DNA of 61,433 bases, filler included. It is 10 parts of 10 records of this genome, joined end to end, with 100 filler letters (N's around TTAATTAATTAA, not from the genome) between each part and the next. Parts side by side here need not be neighbours in the genome. Positions count along the whole stretch, not along the records: positions 6,091 to 12,747 come from SRR31147125_425494; positions 12,848 to 18,582 come from SRR31147125_434014; positions 18,683 to 24,553 come from SRR31147125_435587; 7 more parts are not named here. One strand, given 5' to 3'. A model generated the notes under the pieces. It worked only from the letters and a program-made list of their open reading frames with translations. It searched no databases and was not told the origin of the DNA. The first letter of the stretch is position 1. Each line of letters starts with the position of its first letter. The position numbers were made by a program, and so were the translations under genes. This document shows positions 10,406 through 21,185 of the stretch, piece by piece.

Positions 10406-12747
10406 TCATTTACGACGCAAAGGGCGCACAAAGCTCAGAAGTAGGGCAACCGTGTGTTGGAAATGCGGAGACGTCGCTTCCAGTAAGGATCGTGACTTCT
10501 CCGAAAGTTCCAAAGAGAGCGCGGTGTATACGTCATAGTGACGCTGGTTACGCGACGGTCGGAAACGGGACGTTTGCCAACCCACAACCCACTGCGACAC
10601 GCACGTGCTTCCCTTCTGGTCGTACATCTGAAAAACCATCCTCTCCTTCATGTGCCTCCACCCGACCAGCTTTGTGGTCTTTGCAGAGTAGCGTCATCCA
10701 GTCCTGTGTATCCTTGATCACACAAGCAAGGAAGCGTGTGCGCCCATTTCGCGCACCGAAGCATCATGATCCCCTTCTGGGAATGCATCTTGAGCACGAA
10801 AGACAAAGTGTGAACCCTCCGTATCCACATTCCAACGACTAGAAGCCAGATGGACAGTGGGCAGGATTCGTGCCACTTCCATGTATGTCGCATGTTCATC
10901 CTAAAACAAAGGCAAAGGTCAACCATGCCACGTGGTTCGACGGGCCAACTACCTTGTGACTCTGGGTTTGGCTATTCCCGTCCGACTCGGGATCGGAATG
11001 GGATGCATCCGCTGTTACTTGCCACAAATTCGGCGAATATTGATCATCTGGTGAGGCTGCAGTGATGAGAACTCCAGACCACACAAGGCACTGCATCGTT
11101 GGGTCAAACAAATAGTGGAATGAACCTTCCTTGTCTTACATACCGTTAACAAGTCCCAAGGGTCCAGCCATTGCCCCACAAGTTCCCCGAGGGATCCATC
11201 GATAGCATTTACAAGACTGCATTTTGTTTCTTCTACGACGATATCCAGTCGTTTCTGGGTGGACAACAAACAATCTATCATCACGCACACACTATACCCT
11301 TTCTACGCACAGGCGGTACAGGAAGATCAATGGACAACACAACTGTGTGTATACCCGTTGAACGGAGTTGCCAGGAGTCATAGGGGATGAAAGTGGAACG
11401 GCTCTGGGCCACACAATCAGACAAGCAAGACACGCACACACCCTTCATATACCTTCACAAGGGCAAAAGCCGTGTTCCCAAAGTGATGGGCCTGAAACGT
11501 TACTTGCCGAGTCTCGGAATCGAATCGAACATCGGAGATATGATCCGTTTGCCAAGCATGGAGTGATTCGCTCCACCATCCCACGGCAGGTGTCTCGTCC
11601 ACCACGACACGATCTGGAATGTGGAACGTAACCGCTAGGGAGGCTCCCTGGGGAACAGTGCCGCTCGTGGATGCGTCTGTACTAGCCGGGTATTCAACAT
11701 GTTTCACGGAGTGACTAAGCTCCGTGACTTGAGGAACGGGTGAGGCAAAATGGGATGTGCGATCCTCGTCTCTTCCCTCTCCACGCACTTTGATGCATTA
11801 TCCATCCGCGCACACGCCTTCCCTGGGGTGGCAGTTGTAGTAGTTCCACAAAGAGGATCCGACCCTGTAGAAAAGCGAAACCCTTGTAAGCCTTTCCGTG
11901 AACACAGGCGGAATTCGATGAAACAAACAACGGGATAGAGATCGCCTGTGTTCTCCCACGAAACCAAGTCCACATCACATTGAAGCAATCGAATGGCTAC
12001 ACTCGCAAGGACTAACACACACCAGTGTGAGACCCAAACAAACGAATGGGGAACGAGACTAACACACCAAGTGTCTTAGGAAGATGAGCTGTGACACCAA
12101 CCTCGGGAAATTCGACTGACTTGAGTCTGGTGGGAGCGTGAATGAGGCTGAAACAAGAAAGGTTGTTGCGCACCGTGGATTCTTAGCCAAATTGGCCCAG
12201 ATGCCCAACCTCACATCATCCTGAGATACCTGTACGATCTGAAACTTGAGATCCTTGAAGGGACTGTGTGAGACAATCCTGTTTCCTTCACCGTACCAAC
12301 GAACGCACTGCCTTGATGTCACGCGCCTCGCGCCCTTCTTCTCGTTCTCGATTGATGAATGCGGTGTCAACAAACTAGAACATCCGTAGAGGTGAGAGGA
12401 ACGTTATCGGGGGCCCATCACACCATGTCACACCATGACGAACCTGCAGAAAATCGGCTGTCGCACGATCCAGAACACCCTGTGCAGCAGCACGTAGACG
12501 CCACTGAAAGTCAACAAATGTGGCCGCTTTCTCTTGATCTCCAAGTCCAACCGCACGCCAGGCATAGCTCTTCAAATCTTTCAACACCTATCAACCAGTA
12601 CAATGAGACATCAAAGAAACCAGGCTGAGGGAGAGGAGATACTTCACCTCAACACAGAGCTGCAATGTTCGCATGGCGTCCGAGAGAGACTGAGGCTAGA
12701 CGGGACACAAGCGCGATCAATCTCAAGCAAACCCCGTCTACACAGAC
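10406..12747 (-). CDS. CASC1/DNAI7 (CFAP94)-like axonemal dynein-associated protein, 5' truncated, multi-exon
   Basis: Exon peptides VRLGIWANLAKNPR, VAIRLL, VGWWSESLHAWQTDHISDVRFDSETRQVTF and terminal FQHTVALLLSFVRPL resemble the Casc1 family. Confidence 0.65.
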
Positions 12748-12847
12748 NNNNNNNNNNNNNNNNNNNNNNNNNNNNNNNNNNNNNNNNNNNNTTAATTAAT
12801 TAANNNNNNNNNNNNNNNNNNNNNNNNNNNNNNNNNNNNNNNNNNNN

Positions 12848-13895
12848 CCCCCATCGTCGCGCAGTGCAGAGTCGTCTCGGCGTTCATTACGGTCGGGTCC
12901 AGGTTTACGACCTTGTGTACCTTCGCGACACTGCTCATTTCCGTGAACATGTCGACGTCGTTGTTGGAAGCCGGACCGTCTGTACCGATCGAGACGCTGA
13001 TCGATTTTTTCAGAAGTTCGGGGACCGGGGCCGTGCCCGACGCGAGCTTCATGTTCGATTCCACGCAGTGGCTTACCTTGACGTTATTGTCCGCAAGGGT
13101 TTCGATTTCGTCTCCGGTGAGTTTGACGCAGTGCGCGGCCAGCACCCGTTCATTGAGCAGTCCGAGATGGGCAAGATGGTTGACCGGGGTACGGCTGTAC
13201 TTCTCGACACACCCCTGTACCTCTGAGTCGGTTTCGGACAGGTGTACCACATACAGACTGTTGTGGCGTTCGGCCAGTTCACCGCAGGCTTCCAGCAGCG
13301 ACGGTGAGCACGTGTAGACGGCGTGGGGGGCGACGGTGATCGAAATCAGCGGGTGTTCATGATAGGCAGTAAACAACTCGTTTACGTGATCGTACCCGTT
13401 TTTGAGCTCTCCGTAGGACGGCGACGGAAAATCGTAGAGCACCTCCCCGACCCAGCCGCGCATGCCGGTGGCTGCGGTTGCCCGGGCGACCTGGTCGGCA
13501 AACAGGTACATGTCGCAGAACGAGGTGGTGCCGCCTCTGATCATCTCGGCGATGGAGAGCATCGTAGAGTGGTAGACCATGTCGCCGTCGAGTTTCTGCT
13601 CGACCGGGAAAATATGCTCCTGCAGCCAGGTCATCAGCGGCAGGTCGTCGGCGATGCCTCGCAGGTAGCTCATCGGGGCATGGGTGTGGGTATTCACCAG
13701 ACCGGGCATCACCAGCCCTCCGGGCTCATGGAGTTGGTCGGCGTTCGGGTAGCGGCGCTGCAGTTCGGATCGCTCGCCAGTCGCGACGATGGTGTCCCCG
13801 CGAACGGCGACTCCGCCCCCGGCGACCGCATCGGCCTGGCGTGATGTGGGAAGCAGGTATTTTCCCGAGACAATGAGATCTGCACCGTTGTCCAT
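12848..13895 (-). CDS. mtaD: 5'-methylthioadenosine/S-adenosylhomocysteine deaminase (amidohydrolase), 3' truncated
   Basis: PGLVNTHTH, LMTWLQEHIFP, APHAVYTC, HLSET, SNMKLASG and GTDGPASNN motifs. Adjacent to PNP. Confidence 0.85.
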
Positions 13896-13897
13896 GA

Positions 13898-14739
13898 TTA
13901 GCCCTCCAGTCGTGATAGGAATTCGATCATGAGTCTGACAAGTCTGTCCGCCGCCCGCTGCCCTTCGGCAATGATGTCCTCCAGCAGGATCGGCTGGAAG
14001 TTGTCCGGGTCGTTGACGTTAGAGACCAGCGATAACCCGAGCACCTTCATGGAGGCGTGATTCGCGACGATAACTTCCGGCACCGTAGACATACCGACCG
14101 CATCGGCGCCGCTGTCACGGAGCCAGCGTGTTTCCGCCGGGGTTTCCAGACTCGGTCCCGGGATGCACGCGTAGGTTCCGGTGACGACCCGGTCGATCCC
14201 GCAGGAATCGGATGCATCGAGCATCGTTTTGATCATCGGTGGATCGTACGGTTCCGAGAGATCCGGAAACCTCGGTCCCCATTCGTCGTTGTTGACCCCG
14301 CGCAGGGGGTTTTCTCCGAGGAAATTGAGGTGGTCCTCGATGAGCATGATCGTGCCCGGCTTGAACAATGGGTTGAGTCCGCCGGCGGCGTTGGTGATGA
14401 TCAGCCGTTTCACCCCCAGAGTCTGCAGGACGCGGATCGGCAGCGTGATTTCTTTGGTCGAGTATCCTTCATAGAAATGAAATCGGCCCGAGAGTGCGGT
14501 TACGGGGGTTGATCCGATGGTGCCGACAAGCATCTCTCCCCGGTGGCTCTGAACGGTTGATGCGGGGAAAACGGGATGTCCGCATAGGGGATGGTGTATT
14601 CGACATCCATGGCCTCGACAAGGGAGCCGAGGCCGGTACCGAGCTGGATCACCGTTTCCGGCAGGACGGGGCAGACCCGCTCGATAGAGACGGCCGCCGT
14701 ACGAACCTTCTCGGCGTAGTCCGGCCCGGTCTTGTTCAT
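13898..14739 (-). CDS. punA: Purine-nucleoside phosphorylase (trimeric type), apparent 1-nt deletion at ~14568-14571
   Basis: LGTGLG, GRFHFYEGY, TNAAGG, GPSLETPAE and VGMSTVPE. One added base restores IPFFPASTVQSHRG. Confidence 0.9.
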
Positions 14740-16136
14740 GACGACGTGATGGCGTGTTGCTCGATATAGGCCATGATTTCTTCCATGTTGCAGTCCATCA
14801 CCTCGAAACGGCTCTCCTTGTCTTCCAGCCCGGCCAGCGATGGTGGGATCTCCGGTGGCCGATCAATGGCCTGCTTGACGATGTCACCGAATTTGGCCGG
14901 ATGTGCGGTGGCCAGGCAGATCATCGGTATACCCTGGTCGCGGTGCTGCTGTGCAGCCCTGACGCCAACTGCGGTGTGGGGGTCGAGAATGTAGTTGTGG
15001 TCTTTGTAGCAGGCTCGGATGGTTTCCGTAACCTCCTCCTCAGACACGGAGGCCGCGACGAAATCCCGTTTGATATGAGCCAGGTAGTCCTGCAGGTAGA
15101 GCTTCCCGTCAACGCTGAATTTCAGCATTGATTCCCGCACCAGCTCCGGTTCCCTGTCCATCAGGTAGTAGAGGTAGCGTTCGAAGTTCGAGGCTGCCTG
15201 GATATCCATCGACGGCGACGAGGTCGGTACGACGTCTCCAAGTGAATAGTCACCCTCGTTCACGAAGCGGGCAAGGATATCGTTGGAGTTCGTTGCCAGT
15301 ACCAGCTTGCTGATAGCCCCCTCGGGCAGCATCTTTTTCGCAATATAGCCGGCAAAGATATCGCCGAAGTTGCCGGTCGGTACCGAAAAAGCAACCGCGT
15401 TGACCTTTTCATGCACCATCACGTGCAGGTAGCTGTGCACGTAGTAGACCACCTGGGCGAGTATCCGTGCCCAGTTGATCGAGTTGATGGCCCCGAGCTT
15501 GTATCTGTCTTTGAATTCGATATTGCCGAATATCGATTTAACGATGGCCTGGGCGTCGTCGAAGGTGCCGTTGACGGCGATGTTGTAGACGTTTTCATCC
15601 TTGACGGTGGTCATCTGCTTTTCCTGCACGTCGCTGACACGCTTGTGCGGATGCAGGATGAAAATATTGATCCGCTCCCTGCCTTTCACACCGTGAATGG
15701 CTGCACTGCCGGTGTCTCCCGAGGTCGCGCCGATGATGTTGATAAACTCGTCGTTTCTGGCCAGCAGGTATTCGAAGAGGTTACCCAGAAACTGCAGCGC
15801 AACATCCTTGAAGGCCAGTGTAGGGCCGTGGAAAAGCTCCAAAATATGGAGGTCGTCGAGGTGGACGTACGGGATCACCTCCTCGACGTTGAAGGTGGCG
15901 TAGGATTTTTTTATCAGTGCCTTCAGGTCCGATGTCGGTATATCGTCGATGAAACGGGACATTACCTCGAAGGCCAGTTCATTGTAGTCCAGTTCCTGCC
16001 AGCTCTCCAGAGTGGCCCGATCAATTCGGGGAATCGCCCGGGGGAGAAGCAGGCCGCCGTCTTCGGCAAGCCCGGTCATTACCGCTTCGGTAAAGGAGCG
16101 AGATTCAGATTTCCCGCGAGTACTTAAATAGAGCAT
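14736..16136 (-). CDS. thrC: Threonine synthase
   Basis: YLSTRG, LELFHGPTLAFKD, ATSGDTGSAA, NSINWARI, VPTGNFGD and LATAHPAKF. Confidence 0.97.
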   Translation of the reverse strand: MLYLSTRGKSESRSFTEAVMTGLAEDGGLLLPRAIPRIDRATLESWQELDYNELAFEVMSRFIDDIPTSDLKALIKKSYATFNVEEVIPYVHLDDLHILELFHGPTLAFKDVALQFLGNLFEYLLARNDEFINIIGATSGDTGSAAIHGVKGRERINIFILHPHKRVSDVQEKQMTTVKDENVYNIAVNGTFDDAQAIVKSIFGNIEFKDRYKLGAINSINWARILAQVVYYVHSYLHVMVHEKVNAVAFSVPTGNFGDIFAGYIAKKMLPEGAISKLVLATNSNDILARFVNEGDYSLGDVVPTSSPSMDIQAASNFERYLYYLMDREPELVRESMLKFSVDGKLYLQDYLAHIKRDFVAASVSEEEVTETIRACYKDHNYILDPHTAVGVRAAQQHRDQGIPMICLATAHPAKFGDIVKQAIDRPPEIPPSLAGLEDKESRFEVMDCNMEEIMAYIEQHAITSS

Positions 16137-16157
16137 TGTCTGGTTACTCCGTTTGGC

Positions 16158-16532
16158 TCAGTCAGGAAGGTCCACACGCGGCGCATCGTCCCACAGTCCT
16201 TCAAGGTCGTAGAAATCGCGCTGGTCGTGATAGAAAATGTGAACGACTACATCGTCAAAGTCAAGCAGAACCCATTTGCCCTCGCTGAGGCCCTCCGCGC
16301 GGCTGGTATTGATTCTCTTGGACCGCAGTTCATTTTCAATTCCCTCGGCAAGCGCCTGCACGTGCCTGGTAGACCTGCCGCTGGCGATGACGAAAAAGTC
16401 CGTGAACGATGACGTTTTACGGACATCGAGGATGACAATATCCTCCGCTTTGCCGTCTGAGGCGAGGGTCGCACACGCGATCGCGAGGTCTTTGGTGTCA
16501 CGATTCCGGTATTCGTTTTTAAGTTGTTTCAT
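16158..16532 (-). CDS. rsfS: Ribosome silencing factor
   Basis: KAEDIVILDV, DFFVIASGRSTRHVQAL and WVLLDFDDVVVHIF...FYDLEGLW. Confidence 0.95.
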   Translation of the reverse strand: MKQLKNEYRNRDTKDLAIACATLASDGKAEDIVILDVRKTSSFTDFFVIASGRSTRHVQALAEGIENELRSKRINTSRAEGLSEGKWVLLDFDDVVVHIFYHDQRDFYDLEGLWDDAPRVDLPD

Positions 16533-16563
16533 AGTGATAATTGTGGTGCACCACGACGCAGTG

Positions 16564-18582
16564 TCAACTGTTTTTTCTTTTTCCGCGTGGTTTTCTGGGA
16601 GGGAATTCGAAATGAATCTTACCTTTTTTATCGAGCAACAGGTACGCGTCGAACGGTCGTCTTTTCTTGGAGATGAACCCTTTGATCAGTCCGGTTTTGC
16701 CGTCGCTCAGCATCTTTTTGATGTTGTCCTCGTCTATTGTTTTAGACAGGATGACCTTGCTGATCCTCAGTCCCTTCTTCTCATCTCCGTTTATCGCCGA
16801 TTCCGACATGTAGCCGGTCGGGGTTTCATACACCGGAGTCTGGTCAATCGGAGACAGGCCGAGCGTCCCGTTTTTCTTTACCTCGTTTATATCGAGGTCG
16901 CTGGTGGAGTCGAGAAAGAGAAATTCGATCTTTTTATTTTTAAGCCTGAGCGATGCGACGAAGGGCTTCCCTTTTTTCGAACGAAAATCGCTGAACGGGC
17001 CAATGGTTTCACCGTTGATGAGCTGGATCACCTCGGGCTCCTTCATGATTCTGCCACCGAGGATCTTGCGGATGATCATCGTCTCGTCTTCATTCGTATA
17101 GGCGGTCGGTGTCTCGTACATCACCTGGGCGTCAACGGGGCTGAACCGTGCTTCCCGGCGATCCTTCTGTTCTTCGTAGTTCTTGATCCGCAGGATGATA
17201 CCCTCGGTGAGGTCACGAATCTCGTCCATGAATCGGGAGCGGGTGAGACTTCCCTTCAGGATCTGGTTGAGCTTGTATTCCCACTCTCCAGTCATCTCTG
17301 GTGATGCGAGCACGTCTATCTTCATCGCCTCGAGCAGCGACAGCAGATCAAACGCTTTGCCGGTGGGGGCAAGTTCTTTTCCCTCCCTGACGAGGTACTG
17401 GTCTTTGATCAGCTTTTCTATGATCGAGGCCCGCGTGGCTGGAGTTCCAAGCCCGCGCTCTTTCATCGCCTCGGCCAATTCATCGTCGTCGAGCAGTTTG
17501 CCGGAATTCTCCATCGCTGAGAGCAGCGTCGCCTCGTTGAAGCGCGGCGGCGGCTTGGTCTCTTTTTCCTGGAGTTCGATCGACTGGCAGGTGACTGTGC
17601 TGCCGGCGGGGACCGGTTCAATGATCCCTTCCCCTTTCTCGGGTTTACCGCCGAGATAGACAATTTTCCAGCCGGGATTCTGCAGAATCTTGCCTTCGGT
17701 GACAAACGATTCTTCTTCGACCACCGAGATTCGCCTGGTTTTCAGGTACTCGGCCGGTGGAAAGAAGACTGCGAGGAAGCGCTGGACCACCATCGTGTAT
17801 ATTTTCAGTTCCGGTTCCGACAGACTTCCCGGCAGTTTGTTGGTTGGGATGATGGCGTGGTGGTCCGTGATCTTCTTATCGTTGAATATGCGCGGATTGG
17901 CCTTGATGTAGCGCTTTTCGAGAATCGTTTCGGCGTGGGTGCCGTACTTCCAGCCCCGTTGTCTCGCGACGATGCCTGCGGAAGTTTTTATATAATCATA
18001 CGGCAGGTATCGGGAGTCGGTTCGTGGGTAGGTCAGCAGTTTGTGCCGTTCATAAAGCGCCTGGGCAATGGACAACGTGTTCTGGGCGGAAAAACCGAAG
18101 CGTCCGTTTGCCTCCCGCTGCAGCGAGGTCAGGTCGTAAAGCTGGGGTGCCGCCTGGGTTGTCTTTTTACTGGTATCAGTGACTTCTGCCGGTTTCCCCG
18201 TACAATTGGTGACAATCGTCTCGGCAATGTCGCGTTTCCAGATCCTGTCGGCGCGTTTGTGCGGGTCTTCAGGGTCCTTCTTGAACGTGGTGTTTATCCA
18301 CTTACCGATATAGCTGTTTCCATTGAACGCGAAAGAGCCTTCAAGGGTGAAATAATCGGTCGGCTCGAAATCAATGCGTTCACGCTCACGGGTGACCAGC
18401 ATCGACAGGGTCGGGGTCTGCACCCTTCCGCACGGAGTTTTTAAAAATCCACCGAACCGCGATTTGTAGGCGGTCAGCGCGCGGGTCGCGTTGATGCCGA
18501 TCAACCAGTCCGATTCCGAGCGGCACAGGGCGGTATCCTCAAGCGGGACCATCTCTTCATTTTCCCGCAGTGCGGAAAACCC
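16564..18582 (-). CDS. topB: DNA topoisomerase III, 5' truncated
   Basis: SDWLIGINATRA, GRVQTPTL, LYDLTSLQREAN, TYPRTDS, GLGTPATRA and C-terminal GFISKKRRPFDAYL repeats. Confidence 0.95.
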   Translation of the reverse strand, partial: GFSALRENEEMVPLEDTALCRSESDWLIGINATRALTAYKSRFGGFLKTPCGRVQTPTLSMLVTRERERIDFEPTDYFTLEGSFAFNGNSYIGKWINTTFKKDPEDPHKRADRIWKRDIAETIVTNCTGKPAEVTDTSKKTTQAAPQLYDLTSLQREANGRFGFSAQNTLSIAQALYERHKLLTYPRTDSRYLPYDYIKTSAGIVARQRGWKYGTHAETILEKRYIKANPRIFNDKKITDHHAIIPTNKLPGSLSEPELKIYTMVVQRFLAVFFPPAEYLKTRRISVVEEESFVTEGKILQNPGWKIVYLGGKPEKGEGIIEPVPAGSTVTCQSIELQEKETKPPPRFNEATLLSAMENSGKLLDDDELAEAMKERGLGTPATRASIIEKLIKDQYLVREGKELAPTGKAFDLLSLLEAMKIDVLASPEMTGEWEYKLNQILKGSLTRSRFMDEIRDLTEGIILRIKNYEEQKDRREARFSPVDAQVMYETPTAYTNEDETMIIRKILGGRIMKEPEVIQLINGETIGPFSDFRSKKGKPFVASLRLKNKKIEFLFLDSTSDLDINEVKKNGTLGLSPIDQTPVYETPTGYMSESAINGDEKKGLRISKVILSKTIDEDNIKKMLSDGKTGLIKGFISKKRRPFDAYLLLDKKGKIHFEFPPRKPRGKRKNS

Positions 18583-18682
18583 NNNNNNNNNNNNNNNNNN
18601 NNNNNNNNNNNNNNNNNNNNNNNNNNTTAATTAATTAANNNNNNNNNNNNNNNNNNNNNNNNNNNNNNNNNNNNNNNNNNNN

Positions 18683-19189
18683 CCAGCCGATGCAGGGGAA
18701 AATGGGAATATGACCCTCCCGGAGAAGGGTATTCACCGGATCGCTGTGGATGCGGTCCACCCGGCCCGTGTGATGGTAGTCTGTTCCGTCCACCACACCC
18801 AGCGCCCGTGCCCGTACCCAGTTCCCGATGACCGAGGGTATTCCGTATCCCGAAAGGAGGGTCATCACCTTGTTGGAGACATCGAACGCGGCCATCTTGA
18901 TAAAGGGGATGCTCTCTTCCGTTGAGATCCGGACTCCCTCTCGGCTCTGAAATTCGACTCCGTAGCGGGTCAGGATTTCATTGATCCTGTCATGGGCTCC
19001 CGGAACAATGACGATGCGGATGCCGTTTTGATGGAGGAGGGCCAGATCCTTCACCAGCAGAGAAAAATAGGGATGATCCACAATGGCACTGTCGATTTTG
19101 ATGACGAACAGGGAATCCTTGAACTGACGGTTGTAGGAGAATACTTCCCTGATCAGATCCACATGTTCTCTCAACTGATTGTCATCCAT
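18683..19189 (-). CDS. argA: Amino-acid N-acetyltransferase (ArgA, kinase-like N-terminal domain), 3' truncated
   Basis: LIREVFSY...FVIKI...KDLALLH..GIRIVIVPGA; GNWVRARALGVVDGTDYHHTGRV. Confidence 0.85.
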
Positions 19190-19200
19190 ACGCGCTCCTT

Positions 19201-19261
19201 TTGCGATTACCGGGAATGCACTATAATGGGATTATATTAAATCCCCTGACGGGAATGTCAA
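19201..19261. promoter_or_regulatory. Candidate face-to-face sigma70 promoters for lipase (+) and argA (-)
   Basis: Plus strand: TTGCGA 19201 and TATAAT 19222. Minus strand: TTGACA 19261-19256 and TAATAT/TATAAT within 19239-19231. Spacers are non-optimal (15 nt; 16 or 19 nt). Confidence 0.35.
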
Positions 19262-19288
19262 GCCTGATCCCTTCAGCTGCCGGAGCTT

Positions 19289-20512
19289 ATGAGATTCTTC
19301 AAGCGTAAGAAAAGAAAGGAAATCATTGTCCTCGTCCCCGGATTCGGGGCGTTCAACCGGGAGGACAACCCCCTGTTTCACTACTGGGGAGGACATATGG
19401 ATCTGCCCTCCTGGCTCCTCCGGGAGGGGCTTCCTCTGGTGGCGGGGGACTGCGGGCCCGTCAGCAGCAACTGGGACCGGGCCTGTGAACTCTACGCCTT
19501 TCTGGCCGGCGGCCGGACCGATTACGGCCGGGCTCACAGCGAGCGGTTCGGACACCGGCGGTACGGCACTGAATTCCCGGGAGTCCTGCCGGATCTGGGA
19601 GAAAGGAACGGTCCCCTGGTGCATCTGCTGGGACACAGCATGGGGGGACAGACCGCCCGGATGCTGATCCATCTGCTGGAGGAGGGGAGCCGGGAGGAGC
19701 GGGATGCGACGCCGTCCGGGGATCTGAGCCCCCTTTTCCGGGGCGGACGGCGCTGTGTCCGCTCCTGTATGACTCTGGCCACTCCTCACAACGGAACTTC
19801 CCTGACCGCCATCATTCAGAACAGGATGGGCCTGGTCCGGACCTTCCTTGCCTTCCTGGCGGGATTCCAGGGAGCCGGGCTGCTCCCCTTCCGATTCAAG
19901 ATGGATCACTGGGAGATCCTCCGGCGGCAGGAGGGCGAATCCCTGAGAACCTACCGGAACAGAATGTTCTCCCTCTCCTTCTGGGAGAATGAAAAGGATC
20001 AGGCCCTTTATGATCTCTCTCCCGAAGGGGCTTTCCGGATGAACCTGAAGATTCCCGCTTCGCCGGGGGTGTATTATTTTTCCGTGAGCATGTCGGCCAC
20101 CTACAGGGACCCCCTGCTGAAAACAGAGATCCCCCGGCTGGGAATTCATCCGGCCCTGGCGGCCAATGCCCTCTATCTGAGCCGTCAGTCCGCACCTCAT
20201 TCCGTTCTGAACAGCGGTCCCCTGTCCTGGAAGGTCAGCGACGGCATGGTCAATACCCTGTCCATGAAGGCTCCCCTCTGGGGAAGCCGCGACCGGGTGA
20301 CGGAGCTGACCGGCCTGCCCGGTGAGCCGGCGGGATCCCTGAGGAAAGGGGTCTGGCACACCTGGCCGGTACTGGAAAATTTCGATCACTGGAAGCAGCA
20401 GGGGTGGTCGGCCGTTTCGCCTGTATACGGTCTTCCCGGTCCGGTAAAGGGGCTTTCTCTGCCCGAATGGTACCGGGACCTGATGCAGTTTCTTCTGGAC
20501 CTGCCTCACTGA
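19289..20512 (+). CDS. Lipase, family I.5/I.6-like alpha/beta hydrolase
   Basis: GPVSSNWDRACELYA, DYGRAHSERFGHRRYG, GHSMGG nucleophile, TPHNG, DGMVNT and DH. Confidence 0.9.
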   Translation: MRFFKRKKRKEIIVLVPGFGAFNREDNPLFHYWGGHMDLPSWLLREGLPLVAGDCGPVSSNWDRACELYAFLAGGRTDYGRAHSERFGHRRYGTEFPGVLPDLGERNGPLVHLLGHSMGGQTARMLIHLLEEGSREERDATPSGDLSPLFRGGRRCVRSCMTLATPHNGTSLTAIIQNRMGLVRTFLAFLAGFQGAGLLPFRFKMDHWEILRRQEGESLRTYRNRMFSLSFWENEKDQALYDLSPEGAFRMNLKIPASPGVYYFSVSMSATYRDPLLKTEIPRLGIHPALAANALYLSRQSAPHSVLNSGPLSWKVSDGMVNTLSMKAPLWGSRDRVTELTGLPGEPAGSLRKGVWHTWPVLENFDHWKQQGWSAVSPVYGLPGPVKGLSLPEWYRDLMQFLLDLPH

Positions 20513-20597
20513 CTCTCCGGGACCCGGGAGACCGGGACAGTTGCGGGGAAGGAATAAACGGGTTATAGTTGAACCACATCTCTGCACAGGAGCTATT

Positions 20598-21080
20598 ATG
20601 GCATCGAAAGATCAGACTCAGGCGGACCGGTTCTGGAAGGATAAAGAGGAGCAGCTCGGCGGTAAGATCGAGTTTCAGACATTTGCGACCCTGATGGGAG
20701 AAGCCGCATCGGAGGATGAGAACGGCCGGGGCGGATTGTGCTATATCGTGGGTGACCGGTTCTATTTTGAGGATTTTGAAAAACAGAATGCCCTGATGGC
20801 CCTCTTCGGCAGAAAGGACGCGGACTATGAGAAAACGGAGATGTCCTTTCCCCTTGAAGATGTGACAGCTCTGCAGAAAGTGGCGGAAAAAGATGCCAAA
20901 GCCTGTATCGCGGGGCTCCTGAAGGAGAACGAAATCCTGACTCTCAAGGGATTGAAATCCCTGTTCAGCCGGGGATACTGGCGGTTTGAATTCCGTGACC
21001 GCCCTTCGCAGTTCTTTGAAATCATGGAAGAGAAAAAACTGTTCAAACACTTTCCCGAGGCCCGGATTGACGGGATCTGA
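20598..21080 (+). CDS. Hypothetical protein (160 aa)
   Basis: AGGAG RBS, MASKDQTQADRFW..., followed by a terminator. Confidence 0.75.
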   Translation: MASKDQTQADRFWKDKEEQLGGKIEFQTFATLMGEAASEDENGRGGLCYIVGDRFYFEDFEKQNALMALFGRKDADYEKTEMSFPLEDVTALQKVAEKDAKACIAGLLKENEILTLKGLKSLFSRGYWRFEFRDRPSQFFEIMEEKKLFKHFPEARIDGI

Positions 21081-21134
21081 CAGATTACTCTGCCGGAACC
21101 GGGTGTCGGTGTTTCAGTACTGATAAGAATTTAT

Positions 21135-21173
21135 AAATGAAAAAGGAGCGGCCTGACCGCTCCTTTTTCATTT
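21135..21173. terminator. Bidirectional rho-independent terminator
   Basis: AAATGAAAAAGGAGCGG-cctga-CCGCTCCTTTTTCATTT perfect inverted repeat between convergent genes. Confidence 0.9.
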
Positions 21174-21185
21174 CTCTCTCCGGGA

